NCBI GenBank assembly: GCA_963762255.1
Contig: CAVXKA010000001.1
Span: 1,460,147 to 1,524,146 of the forward strand
Length of the DNA: 64,000 nt
Direction: 5' to 3'
DNA from: Candidatus Eiseniibacteriota bacterium
GTDB taxonomy: Bacteria; Eisenbacteria; RBG-16-71-46; JABDJR01
In this document: one piece after another, positions 53,591 through 63,400 of the stretch
Layout: each line of letters starts with the position of its first letter
Numbering within the stretch: position 1 is the first letter of the stretch
Notes under the pieces: generated by a model
What the model saw: only the letters and a program-made list of their open reading frames with translations
Told to the model about the DNA's origin: nothing
Databases searched by the model: none
Program-made: the position numbers and the translations under genes

Positions 53591-54331
53591 ATGACCCGAC
53601 GCATTCCTCGCAAGGTCCACCACGTCCTGCCCCTACCGCGGCTCGACACGGAATCGAACCCGCCCTTCGGTCGGGAAGTTGCGCAGGAAGTCGATTTCCT
53701 CATCCAGTTGATGGATCTCAAACCCGATGAGGCGATCCTGGACGTGGCATCGGGCGCGGGGCGACATGCTTTGGAGTTGGCTCGGCGCGGGTTTACCAAC
53801 GTAACTGCGATGGATCCCTCCGATCAATTGCTGGGGATCGGGGCGAGGTGCGCGGCGTCGCTGGATCTCAAGGTGAAGTTCTTGAAGGGCGACGCGCAGA
53901 AGCCGGCGGGCAAGGACGCGTACGATGCTGCGTTGGTGCTAGGAGGTGGCGCATTCGGGCTGATGGAGTCGGACAGGGAGAACGTGCAGGTTCTCGATGC
54001 CGTGTTCGACGCGCTGAAGCCGGGTGGGCGGATGGCGCTGAGCGCGATGAGCCTCTTGAACCTGCTGCGGCACCGAACGGAGCTGGCGAACTTCGATCCC
54101 GACACGAACTATCTGACCACGACCGAGCAGGTACCGGTGGAGGGAGACACCATCGAGGAATTCCCGCTCCACGAGCGCTATTACGTGGTGCCGGGGCTGC
54201 GCAACGACCTCCTGCGGATCGGGTTCCGCAACATCATGGCGTTCGGCGCGGACTCGGGGCGGTTCTCCAGCCGGTCGGTGAGCACCGACGACCCGGAGAT
54301 CCTCATGTCGGCGGTCAAGCCGAAGGGGTGA
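53591..54331 (+). CDS. class I SAM-dependent methyltransferase (small-molecule type)
   Basis: The ATG at 53591 is preceded by GGAGG. Motif I LDVASGAGRHALELA; post-I acidic TAMDPS. No DNA-MTase DPPY/NPPY motif. Confidence 0.82.
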   Translation: MTRRIPRKVHHVLPLPRLDTESNPPFGREVAQEVDFLIQLMDLKPDEAILDVASGAGRHALELARRGFTNVTAMDPSDQLLGIGARCAASLDLKVKFLKGDAQKPAGKDAYDAALVLGGGAFGLMESDRENVQVLDAVFDALKPGGRMALSAMSLLNLLRHRTELANFDPDTNYLTTTEQVPVEGDTIEEFPLHERYYVVPGLRNDLLRIGFRNIMAFGADSGRFSSRSVSTDDPEILMSAVKPKG

Positions 54332-54601
54332 GGGCTGGGCCTCCGGATACTCGGGTGCCATACCCGGTTTCCTGCACACATCAGAGCGTCTCCACAGAGT
54401 ACGGCCACCCCAGCTCATCGCTCAGGCGTGCTGGGGAGTTGCTGCGTTCGCCGGAAAGGAAGATCGAGGGTAGATCTCGCGCCTTCTGGATTGCGGTGGT
54501 TCATTACCACCACCGCGAGACTAGCTCAGTGGACAGCCGGGAGACACGAAACTCATGATAATATTCCATCAGTGTCCGCAGGCCCAGTTGGGAGGCAATC
54601 C

Positions 54602-55186
54602 ATGCCCGAGGAACTGCGAAACCACGAACTCGTCACCCTGGCTGTCTATTTGGTGGGAGGGGACGCCCATGAAGTTGACACGGAAGATGTCGCTATAAAG
54701 GCTGATGAACTAGCGCCAGGTCGATTCACGTGGAGGAAATATAGAGATCAGATTAATATTGAGATAATCAGAGCGTTTCTATCCGACGCTAAGAAACCAA
54801 AGAATGGTGGCTACCTCATTGGCACGGGGAACACGGGTTGGCTGTTGACTGGGGCCGGTTTGTCATTCGTTACTGCGAACCTGATCCGACTCAAAACAAT
54901 ACATGATCGCGGGGCACGTCTGGGCGCAGAGGAGCGTCGGCGTCGGACAAGAGAACATGATCGCTTACTCAGTACTGCGGCCTTCCAGAAGTACTCGGCG
55001 GGCGAACAGTCTGCTATATCTATGCGGGACGCAGAGGCTGCCTTCAGGCTGAATGAGTACATTGTTGGAGAGGCGCGACGCAGGAAGGTACAAAAGCTGG
55101 TCAATACATTCGCAGATGATGAGGAACTGGGAGGCGCGATCCGGTTCCTGGCTGCCCTTGCGTGCGGGGAGACCGGTGATGACTGA
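54602..55186 (+). CDS. hypothetical protein (island gene 1)
   Basis: The ATG at 54602 is preceded by GGGAGG. 194 aa, no recognisable domain. Overlaps the next gene by 8 nt (ATGACTGA). Confidence 0.55.
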   Translation: MPEELRNHELVTLAVYLVGGDAHEVDTEDVAIKADELAPGRFTWRKYRDQINIEIIRAFLSDAKKPKNGGYLIGTGNTGWLLTGAGLSFVTANLIRLKTIHDRGARLGAEERRRRTREHDRLLSTAAFQKYSAGEQSAISMRDAEAAFRLNEYIVGEARRRKVQKLVNTFADDEELGGAIRFLAALACGETGDD

Positions 55187-56840
55187 AGCAGAAGAGCTGT
55201 ATGTGAAAAGTCACGTTTCACGTGATCTATTGCAGAGCGCGGCACTCTTCAAGAATGACCACCTCGTCGTTTGGGAATACGTCTCCAATGGGCTTCAGTA
55301 CGTCGACCCGGGTACGGTTCCCAGAGTCCGGGTGACGCTGGATGATAGGCGAAAGCGAATCGCGATCAAAGACAATGGGCGAGGAATGACGTTCGCTGAC
55401 CTTCAGGACTTCTTCGTCATGCACGGAGAGAACGTCGATCGAAAGATCGGGCGACCGGGTCGCGGGATGTTCGGAACGGGCAAGTCAGCGGCGTTCGGGA
55501 TCGCAGAAAGACTGATCATCTCCACCACCCGGAACGGGATGCGAACACGGGTATCCTTGTCCCGTGACGACATAAATGGGATGCGAGACAACTCCCCCAT
55601 TCCCGTTCAGGTCTTGGAGAGAACAGAGAATTCGGAGGAAGCGAATGGGACACTGGTAGAGATTGAGGGCGTCCATCTTCGGAAGCTTGATCAGAAGAAC
55701 GTCATTCGGTTTGTGGAACGACATCTCGCGCATTGGCCTCGCAACGTCGTTGTGTGGATCAACAATCACGAATGCCAGTATGTGCCCCCCGCGGCCCTGC
55801 GACTGGATGTGATTCACCCAAGCGGGGAAATCGCGGAGATTCTGGGGCCGTGCAAACTGAATCTGCGTGTGTCCGCGGTGCCGTTGGGCGCTGACGAGGC
55901 AGGCGTGGCGGTGTTCTCAAAAGGGGTGTGGTATGAGACGACCCTCGCCGGAAGCGAAGGGCGCGAGATGGCTAGCTTCATCTTTGGCGATATCGACATT
56001 CCTAGAATCGACGAGGATGACTCACCGATTGCTCCGTTTGATATGAGCAGGGCGATGCATCTTAACGCTGCCAATCCCTTGGTTCAGACTGCATACGCGT
56101 TCATTGGGACCAGCGTTGAGAAGCTAAGAAGGGAGCTGGTGGCTGAGGAGCGTAGGAGGCGTGCTTCTGAGGAGGCGCAGAAACTGGCGATGCAGGGGAG
56201 CGAAATCGCCCGCGTGATCAATGAGGATTTCCGTGAGTTTCAGCAAAGAGTGGCCAAAGCGCGCGCACGTGCGCGGGGAGGAGACGACCTTGGGGTGACC
56301 GAGCTGGACGGGGGGGGAGAAGCAGCCGACCTGGTGTTTGGGCGCGACGAGGGAGCGGTTATTCTGGATGATCATGGCAGCCCTGGAGCAGAAGGGAGTG
56401 GGGGGGGCGGAGCGGGGGGAGAGCCGCGCACGCTGAACCCGGAGGTCGAAGCCGGTACGGACGCGGACCCAAAGCTCGGACAGAGATCCGGTAGCGATGG
56501 TGGGGGTAGGGCCAAGCCCCGTGGCGGGTTCAGTATTGAATTTAGACACATGGGCCAAGACCAGGACCGGGCCAAGTACCAGCGAGAAGCAAGGCAGATT
56601 GTCATCAACTTGGACCATCCCCAGCTACATGCCGCGCTTGGTTCAGGTAGCGTAGAAGACCCCGTGTTTCGACGGCTTGCATATGAGGTCGCGTTCTCAG
56701 AGTACGCGCTTGCACTGGCACTTGAGTTGGCGTTGCGCGATGAGTATGTGGACATCACAGATCCGATCGTCGAGATTGGGGAGACCTTGAATCGAGTTGC
56801 GCGGCGCGGAGCGTCCCTCTATGAGGAACCCAGTACCTAG
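55179..56840 (+). CDS. GHKL/HATPase_c-type ATPase (histidine-kinase-like ATP-binding fold), island gene 2
   Basis: N-box-like WEYVSNGLQYVD, G1 box IKDNGRGM and G2 box GRGMFGTGKSAAFGIA. A long C-terminal region has a Gly-rich linker. Confidence 0.68.
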   Translation: MTEAEELYVKSHVSRDLLQSAALFKNDHLVVWEYVSNGLQYVDPGTVPRVRVTLDDRRKRIAIKDNGRGMTFADLQDFFVMHGENVDRKIGRPGRGMFGTGKSAAFGIAERLIISTTRNGMRTRVSLSRDDINGMRDNSPIPVQVLERTENSEEANGTLVEIEGVHLRKLDQKNVIRFVERHLAHWPRNVVVWINNHECQYVPPAALRLDVIHPSGEIAEILGPCKLNLRVSAVPLGADEAGVAVFSKGVWYETTLAGSEGREMASFIFGDIDIPRIDEDDSPIAPFDMSRAMHLNAANPLVQTAYAFIGTSVEKLRRELVAEERRRRASEEAQKLAMQGSEIARVINEDFREFQQRVAKARARARGGDDLGVTELDGGGEAADLVFGRDEGAVILDDHGSPGAEGSGGGGAGGEPRTLNPEVEAGTDADPKLGQRSGSDGGGRAKPRGGFSIEFRHMGQDQDRAKYQREARQIVINLDHPQLHAALGSGSVEDPVFRRLAYEVAFSEYALALALELALRDEYVDITDPIVEIGETLNRVARRGASLYEEPST

Positions 56841-56913
56841 TCCTTCCGCTTCTGACAGTGCCGGCTCCGCCATGGCCGCAGCAGCTGAGCACTGAGCCGA
56901 GGCGGAATTTGCG

Positions 56914-59316
56914 ATGAAGACGCAGGGGCGGCGCACTATTCCACAGTTGTTCCTTTCGGATAGTGCTCGGAGATGTCTCAAGAGACTGGCAATCGAGCGC
57001 GTCGTTGACCTAGCGCGCGTGACGCCCACGGAGATTTTGGGAGCCTGTGAAGAGAATCATGACACGCTCCAGGAAATCACGCAGCTCGCTTGGGAGATGG
57101 GCTCCCCGGTCGCAAGTCAACTAACGATTGACTTTGCCGGCACGCGCATTCATGAAGCTGATACTTCCGCCAACGTCCACCACCAGCATTCTGCGGATGT
57201 GGTCCCTCGTGTCCTTCTCTTGGGTGTTACGGACTTTCATCTTTCGGTACGTGCTCGAAATGGGCTAAAGAGGCTGAACATCGAGTTTGTAGGAGACCTT
57301 GTGACGACGCCAAGGTCGATCCTGCTGCGAACGCGTAACCTGGGCCGAAAGACACTCGGCGAGCTCGAGCATCTCGCGGCTGGACTAGGCATGGTGCTGG
57401 GTATGCAGATTCCCTCCTGGGAGACGATCGACGCTTGTCGTGAGGCGACGCGACACCGTGCTGCCTTGGATGGATTGCGGGAGCGTCTGAAGCGCGGGGT
57501 CCGCGCCGAGGTCGTTCCTGTTGCTGAGTCGGCGAGTGCAGCCGCAGCGCCGATGCAGAGCCATTGGAGATCCGAAGAACTCGCACTAATCATGCTCATG
57601 CGAGTGGCTGATTTCGGGCTCTCAGCACGCGCGAAGAGCGGCCTGGAGAAGTTGCACATCGAGTTTCTGGGTGACTTGGTCACGACGAAGGAGAGGAAGT
57701 TTCGAACGACGCGCAACTTTGGTCAGAAGACCCTGGAGGAGCTGCGCAATCTCGTGGGGTCGTTCGGGCTTGTTCTCGGATCCGATATGTCGGGATGGCT
57801 AGGCGTAGCAGCGCATGAGGCTGAAAAGCGGCACAAGGAGGAGATAGATAGGCTGTGGAGACGAGTTGCGCAGGAGCGCTTCTCTATTGATTCAACTTGC
57901 GGGGTAGAGCAAGAGATCGAATCGGCGCTGCACTTGGCACTACGTGCTGACCGTGTCAGGAGAGTCAGCGCATGGATGGGTCTCGGACGAGACGTGTGTC
58001 CAACGTTGGAGGAGGTTGGTTCGGAGTGCGGGGTTACGCGTGAGCGAATCCGGCAGATCGTGATGGCTGGAAGCACGAGGGTGCGTACAGTGCGGCTGGA
58101 AATGCCCAGGCTGCGCGGGGCACTTAGGGGACTTGAGGGAGCTGGATTGTTGTCAATCAGGAGCGCTGAGGCGTTTCTCAAGGAAGAGGGGTACACGACG
58201 GGGAACATCTCAATGGCGTGCCTGCTTCGGACTGCGAGGTTCTTCGGCATTCAGACGCAACTGAGGATGATCAAGGGAGGTGGGCAAGAGTTCGTTGGCA
58301 CGCCGAGAGCAAGAATGGTCCTCTTGCCAATCCGTCGTGAAACGCGACGGGCGGTCAGAAGGTGGGGATGCGCAACACTGGAGGATGTGGCGGCACAAGC
58401 GAGTCGGGAAGCTGCTCGTGCGATCTCAGCGGATCTGGTCGGGGACGTCGCGAAGACCTTCGGTGATTTCCGATGGCTGGATGAGGAGTCGGGCTGGTTC
58501 TGGCTTTCTAAGACGCGTCAGAATCGCCTGCTTTCTAGGATCGACAAGATTCTGGCTGTCGCGCCCCGCGTTGATCTGGCGCAACTCCGGGCCGGTGTTG
58601 GGCGGCACTATCGGATGGAGGGCTTTGCTCCACCCCTCCGAGTACTCCGCTCCCTTTGTGAACAGATGGAGGGCTGTGACGTCATTGATGGACAGATCAT
58701 CGTTGCCCTGCGCCCACGAAGACTGGACATGGTACTCAGCGGCACCGAAAGAGTCCTCGTTACTGTAATGCGTGACCACGGGCCAGTCGTGTCATATGCG
58801 GAGATCGTGCGCCGATGTGTCGCCGCCGGCCTCAATCCGACAACGACGAGTGTTCATCTGGGTAACTCACCGGTCGTCCGTCGCCTCGCTCCTGGAGCGT
58901 ATTCGCTGATTGGACAATCAGTGCTTCCCGGAGAGGTGGCTAGAGTGATCGCAGGCGCAACACATGGGAAACGGGTCATTCAGGATTCAGGCTGGGCTCG
59001 TGACGGGAGTGCATTCTGGGTGACATACAAGATCTCCGAGAGCGTTCTCCGGAGCGGTGTTGTGAGTGTTCCGGCCGGACTTGCGAAGCTCATGACGCCT
59101 CAGGGGTACGACTTGATCGGAGTTGATGGTGGGCATGTCGGACGCATCAGGGTTGCGGGGTCAAGCATATGGGGGTTCCTACCCGTCTTCCGAAGGCGTG
59201 GGGGAGATGCGGGGGACTATGTGCGTGTGACCTTTCGAAATAGCAGTGCTACGGCCAAGTTCGAATTCAGCGACATTCCATTCGAGGATGCGTACGTGAC
59301 CCGGACCCTGTCCTGA
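56914..59316 (+). CDS. protein with three tandem RNA-polymerase alpha-subunit C-terminal-domain (alpha-CTD)-like HhH modules plus a sigma-70 region-4-like HTH and an uncharacterised C-terminal half, island gene 3
   Basis: Repeats LSVRARNGLKRLNIEFVGDLVTTPRSILLRTRNLGRKTLGELEHLAAGLGMVLGM and LSARAKSGLEKLHIEFLGDLVTTKERKFRTTRNFGQKTLEELRNLVGSFGLVLG align by eye to E. coli alpha-CTD ([55 protein letters not shown]). PTLEEVGSECGVTRERIRQI matches sigma-70 region 4.2 (TLEEVGKQFDVTRERIRQIE). Confidence 0.7.
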   Translation: MKTQGRRTIPQLFLSDSARRCLKRLAIERVVDLARVTPTEILGACEENHDTLQEITQLAWEMGSPVASQLTIDFAGTRIHEADTSANVHHQHSADVVPRVLLLGVTDFHLSVRARNGLKRLNIEFVGDLVTTPRSILLRTRNLGRKTLGELEHLAAGLGMVLGMQIPSWETIDACREATRHRAALDGLRERLKRGVRAEVVPVAESASAAAAPMQSHWRSEELALIMLMRVADFGLSARAKSGLEKLHIEFLGDLVTTKERKFRTTRNFGQKTLEELRNLVGSFGLVLGSDMSGWLGVAAHEAEKRHKEEIDRLWRRVAQERFSIDSTCGVEQEIESALHLALRADRVRRVSAWMGLGRDVCPTLEEVGSECGVTRERIRQIVMAGSTRVRTVRLEMPRLRGALRGLEGAGLLSIRSAEAFLKEEGYTTGNISMACLLRTARFFGIQTQLRMIKGGGQEFVGTPRARMVLLPIRRETRRAVRRWGCATLEDVAAQASREAARAISADLVGDVAKTFGDFRWLDEESGWFWLSKTRQNRLLSRIDKILAVAPRVDLAQLRAGVGRHYRMEGFAPPLRVLRSLCEQMEGCDVIDGQIIVALRPRRLDMVLSGTERVLVTVMRDHGPVVSYAEIVRRCVAAGLNPTTTSVHLGNSPVVRRLAPGAYSLIGQSVLPGEVARVIAGATHGKRVIQDSGWARDGSAFWVTYKISESVLRSGVVSVPAGLAKLMTPQGYDLIGVDGGHVGRIRVAGSSIWGFLPVFRRRGGDAGDYVRVTFRNSSATAKFEFSDIPFEDAYVTRTLS

Positions 59317-59635
59317 CCGGATGTGGCGGCGGCCATCCCCCGCACCATCACCTGCTGCACCGCGAACACGATCCCCAGGAGCGTTCCGCCGGCATCATCC
59401 CGGTGTAAGTCGCTCCGAAGTCGCCAACCACATGCTCGCAGGACCAAGTCTCCTCGCGATGGCGCTTATTCGGTGTCTAGAAGATGGACGACTTCAGGAG
59501 CGCTGCCCGCGAGTCGGAGAACCCCAGCACCAACGCAAGCTCCGTCCACATGCCGAGGAGCAAGACCCGGCTCTTGCTCGATTGATTGAAGATCTGAAGG
59601 AGGTCGTTCAGCGCTCCGCCGATGGCAACGATGGT

Positions 59636-59670
59636 CCAAAAGAAAGGGAGGGGCCTCTCGGGCCCCTCCC
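59636..59670 (-). terminator. rho-independent terminator for the minus-strand gene ending at 59722
   Basis: On the minus strand, a perfect 10-bp GC stem (GGGAGGGGCC/GGCCCCTCCC, 59646-59670) with a 5-nt loop is followed by UUUCUUUU (plus-strand AAAAGAAA, 59638-59645). Confidence 0.65.
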
Positions 59671-59721
59671 TCGCGTAGCACCCCCCAGGGATATCGATAC
59701 GCTCTGAAGCGAAACTGCGAG

Positions 59722-60231
59722 TTACTGGACGACGATCGCGCCGCGATCGACGAGATCGATGCCGGTCACCTTCCAGATCTGGAAGGGGCCTTTGTCGCCG
59801 CCGCGAGCCACGATCTGGTCGCCGTCACCGACGAGGCGCAGATTGCCGGCGATGACCGCAACCTGATAATTGAGTACCTTTCCGTCGAGGTCCTTCACCT
59901 CGAACGAAGCGCCGCGCACGGCGCGCACTTCCTGGCTGAACTCGCTCACGAGCTGCCCGCCCGAGATCGTGTCCTTGCGCCGGTCGATGAGGATCAGAGT
60001 CTGTGCGTCGTCGAGGTTCCCGGCGCCGGAAGCGATCGTGTAATTGGTGCCGTCGAACGAGAACGCCGTGCTGCGGGTCTGAGTCGTCGCGCCGCTGGCG
60101 CCGGCAAGGCCGTCGATCGCCGTGACGCGGACGACCGCCACCTTCCCGTCGGGGATCGCCGCCGCGGAGGCGGTTGTAGCGATACCCGCAGCCAAGATGA
60201 GAGTCAGAAGGACAAAGCTTGCAGATTTCAT
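59722..60231 (-). CDS. hypothetical secreted protein (about 169 aa)
   Basis: The ATG at 60231 gives a signal peptide MKSASFVLLTLILAAGIATTASAAA. The upstream extension of ORF 59722..60327 is unlikely. Confidence 0.6.
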   Translation of the reverse strand: MKSASFVLLTLILAAGIATTASAAAIPDGKVAVVRVTAIDGLAGASGATTQTRSTAFSFDGTNYTIASGAGNLDDAQTLILIDRRKDTISGGQLVSEFSQEVRAVRGASFEVKDLDGKVLNYQVAVIAGNLRLVGDGDQIVARGGDKGPFQIWKVTGIDLVDRGAIVVQ

Positions 60232-60491
60232 GGTGTGCTCCACCTCCGATTGGGTAGTCCGAAGGGTTCGGCCATCAGTATAGCACTCTAACTCGTTGTC
60301 GTTCAATGGGTTAATTTGCCCATCCATTCAAGTGTCGGTCGATCAACAGGTTGCGTGCGATTTGCATGACGCGCCGGCTCATCGGTGGGGGATATCGCCC
60401 GGGACAGTTGTGCGGGATCGTCGCCATGGGTACTCTCGGCGCCGGACTCCCGGCCGCACATCTCACCATCGCCCCTCAGCGAGAGACAACC

Positions 60492-63400
60492 ATGACGCGT
60501 TCCATTCGCCTCGCTCTTCTTGCTGCGCTCGTATGCGTGCTCGCGCCCGTCTCGGCGAGCGCCACCTCTCCTGTCGGTTATTACCGCCAGCCGTGGTTGC
60601 ATGGCAACACGCTCGTCTTCATCGCCGAGGGGGATATATGGAAGGTGCCCGACACGGGCGGCACCGCCACGCGGCTTACCAGTCACGCCGGCAACGAGGC
60701 AACTCCCGCAATCTCTCCCGACGGCAAGACGCTCGCGTTCGTCGCGTCCTACGAGGGCCCCACCGAGGTCTATACGATGCCGCTCGCGGGCGGGCTGCCC
60801 ACCCGCCGCACCTATGGAAGCGGGAACAACATCGCCGTTGTCGGCTGGACCCCCGACGGTCGGGTGCTGGTGACGACCGACGTGTACTCCACGATTCCCA
60901 ATCGTCAACTGGTCGCGCTGGACGTCTCGCGCGCGGACGCCGCCGGGCTTCCGACGCGCCTCCCGCTCTTCCAGGCCGCCGACGGCGACTACACCCCCGA
61001 CGGCAAGACGCTCTTCTTCACGCGGTTCGCCTTCCAGGGGAGCCATACCAAGCGATACAAGGGAGGCACCGCGCAGAACATCTGGAAGTTCGCCGACGGC
61101 GACGACGAGGCGACCTGCCTCACCGGGGATTACGCGGGCACCAGCCGGCGCCCCATGGTGTGGAACGGTCGCGTCTACTTCGTCTCCGACCGCGACGGCT
61201 CCATGAACCTCTGGTCGATGCTCCCCGACGGAGGCGATCTCCGGCAGCACACCCGCCACGAGGGTTGGGATGCGCAGGGCGCGGCGCTCGACGGAGGGCG
61301 AATCGTCTACCAGCTCGGCGCGGACATTCATCTCTACGACATCGCCGCCGGCGCCGACCGGGTCGTGCCGATCGCGCTCGACAGCGACCTCGACCAGATG
61401 CGGGAGCACTGGGTCGACAAGCCGATGACCTACCTCACCGCGGCGCACGTCGCACCCGACGGCAAGCGCATCGCGCTCACCGCGCGCGGCGAGGTGTTCG
61501 TGGCGCCGGTGGAACAGGGCCGCTTCGTGCAAGTGACCCGCAAGGAAGGCGTGCGCTACCGCAACGCCCGCTTCATGCCCGACGGCAAGACGCTGCTCGC
61601 TCTCTCCGACGAGTCGGGGGAAGTCGAACTCTGGAAGCTGCCCGCGAACGGCGTGGGGCAAGGCGAGCGGCTCACCACCGACGCGGGGATCCTGCGCTGG
61701 GACGGCATTCCATCGCCGGACGGCAAGCGCGTGGCGCACTGGGACAAGAAGCAACGGCTCTTCCTGTTCGACCTTGCCACGAAGCGCAACGTTCTGATCG
61801 AGGCGAGTGAGGTCGATCAGATTTCCGACGTCACCTGGTCGCCGGACAGCCGATGGGTCGCCTACGTCGCGCGTGCGGAGAACTCGTTCCGCCGCATCAA
61901 GGTCTACAGCGTCGCCGACGGTTCGGTCACGCCCGTCACCAGCGATCGCTTCGATAGCTACAGCCCGGCGTGGAGCGTGGACGGCAAGTGGCTCTACTTC
62001 ATCTCCGACCGGAACCTGGTCTCCATCGTGCACGGCGTGTGGGGGAGCTATCAGCCCGAGCCGTACCTGGACAAGACGAGCCAGATCTTCGAGCTGGCGC
62101 TCGTGAAAGGGGCGCGCTCGCCGTTCGCCCCCGACGATGAGCTGCAAGCGGCGGAGACGGACGACGGCGGCGAGAAGGACGCGAAGGACGACAAGGACGC
62201 GAAGGACGAGAAGAAGGACGAGGAGGCCTCGGAGGGGCCCGCCGAGGTGCGCATCGACAAGGAGGGCATCCAGGAGCGGTTGGCCCTCACCCCGATCCCG
62301 CCCGGCAACTATGGCTCGCTGGTCGCCGTCGACAAGGCGCTGTTCTGGCTCTCGACCCAGACCGGCGCCGCCAAGGCGGATCTCGCCGGCGCCGAGATCA
62401 CGAACCAGGATCTCGAGGTGAAGACGGTGGTGGAGGGGGTCACGAGCTACGAAGCCACCGCCGATGGCAAGAAGCTCCTCGTGCGCAAGGGCGAGACGTT
62501 CCACGTGATCGACGCGTCTCCCAAGGAGGCGGAGCTGGAGAAGAACGACGTCGATCTGTCCACGTGGGCGCTCTCGGTGATTCCCCGCGAAGAATGGCGG
62601 CAGATGTTCACCGAGGCATGGCGGCTCGAGCGCGACTACTTCTACGACCCCGGCATGCACGGCGTGGACTGGGATGCGATGCGCAAGAAGTACGAGCCCC
62701 TGGTGGATCGCGTCACCAATCGCGCCGAGCTGTCGGATCTGCTCGCGCAGCTCGTCTCGGAACTCTCCGCGCTTCACATCTTCGTCTACGGGGGTGAATT
62801 CCGTTCCGGCCCCGACAAGGCGGAGCCGTCCACCCTGGGTGCGGTGCTGCGCGCGCGACGCACGGGCCGGCGGCTATCGCGTCGAGCATATCTACCGTTC
62901 CGACCCCGACGAGCCCGGCCGCGCCAGCCCGCTCGCACGTCCGGGTGTGAACGTGGCCGACGGGGACGTGATCACGATGGTGAACGGGGTGCCCACGCTG
63001 GACGCCGCCGATATCGGAGTCATGCTTCGCCGGCAGGCGGGGCGGCAGGTGCTCCTGCGCGTGCAACCGTCGGCGGGCGAGCGCGCGGGACGCGATCGTG
63101 GAGCCGATGTCGCTGCGCGAGGAGTCCGAGCTGCGCTACCACGAGTGGGAGTACACGCGACGGCTCGAGGTGGAGCGGTTGAGCCATGGCCGCATCGGCT
63201 ACGTCCATCTTCGCGCGATGGGGAGCGGGAACTACACCGAGTGGGCCAAGGGGTTCTACCCCGAGTACACGAACGAAGGGCTCATCGTCGATGTGCGTCG
63301 CAACACCGGCGGCAACATCGACAGTTGGGTGCTCTCCCGGCTCATGCGCAAGGCATGGATGTTCTGGAGCCAGCCGGTAGGGAAGTCGCCGACCTGGAAC

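Larger units (their letters stand above)
54340..59720. other. low-GC genomic island (about 50-55% GC versus about 70% flanks) carrying a three-gene module
   Basis: Visible drop in GC and change in codon usage (AT-rich runs such as ATGATAATATTCCATCAGTG and GATTAATATTGAGATAATCAGAG) between 54540 and 59320. No integrase or transposase. Confidence 0.5.

Noticed and set aside
54515-54532. GCGAGACTAGCTCAGTGG, resembling a tRNA acceptor/D-arm (possible tRNA or att remnant at the island's left edge)
   Set aside because: No matching D-stem 3' half, anticodon arm or T-arm could be folded by eye on either strand, so no tRNA is called. A tRNAscan or Aragorn run and a search for a matching direct repeat near 59320-59720 would settle whether it is an integration scar.
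59476-59553. 24-codon minus-strand micro-ORF (MWTELALVLGFSDSRAALLKSSIF) in the island's right flank
   Set aside because: No RBS and too short. Its upstream extension runs through the terminator hairpin, so it is probably non-coding.
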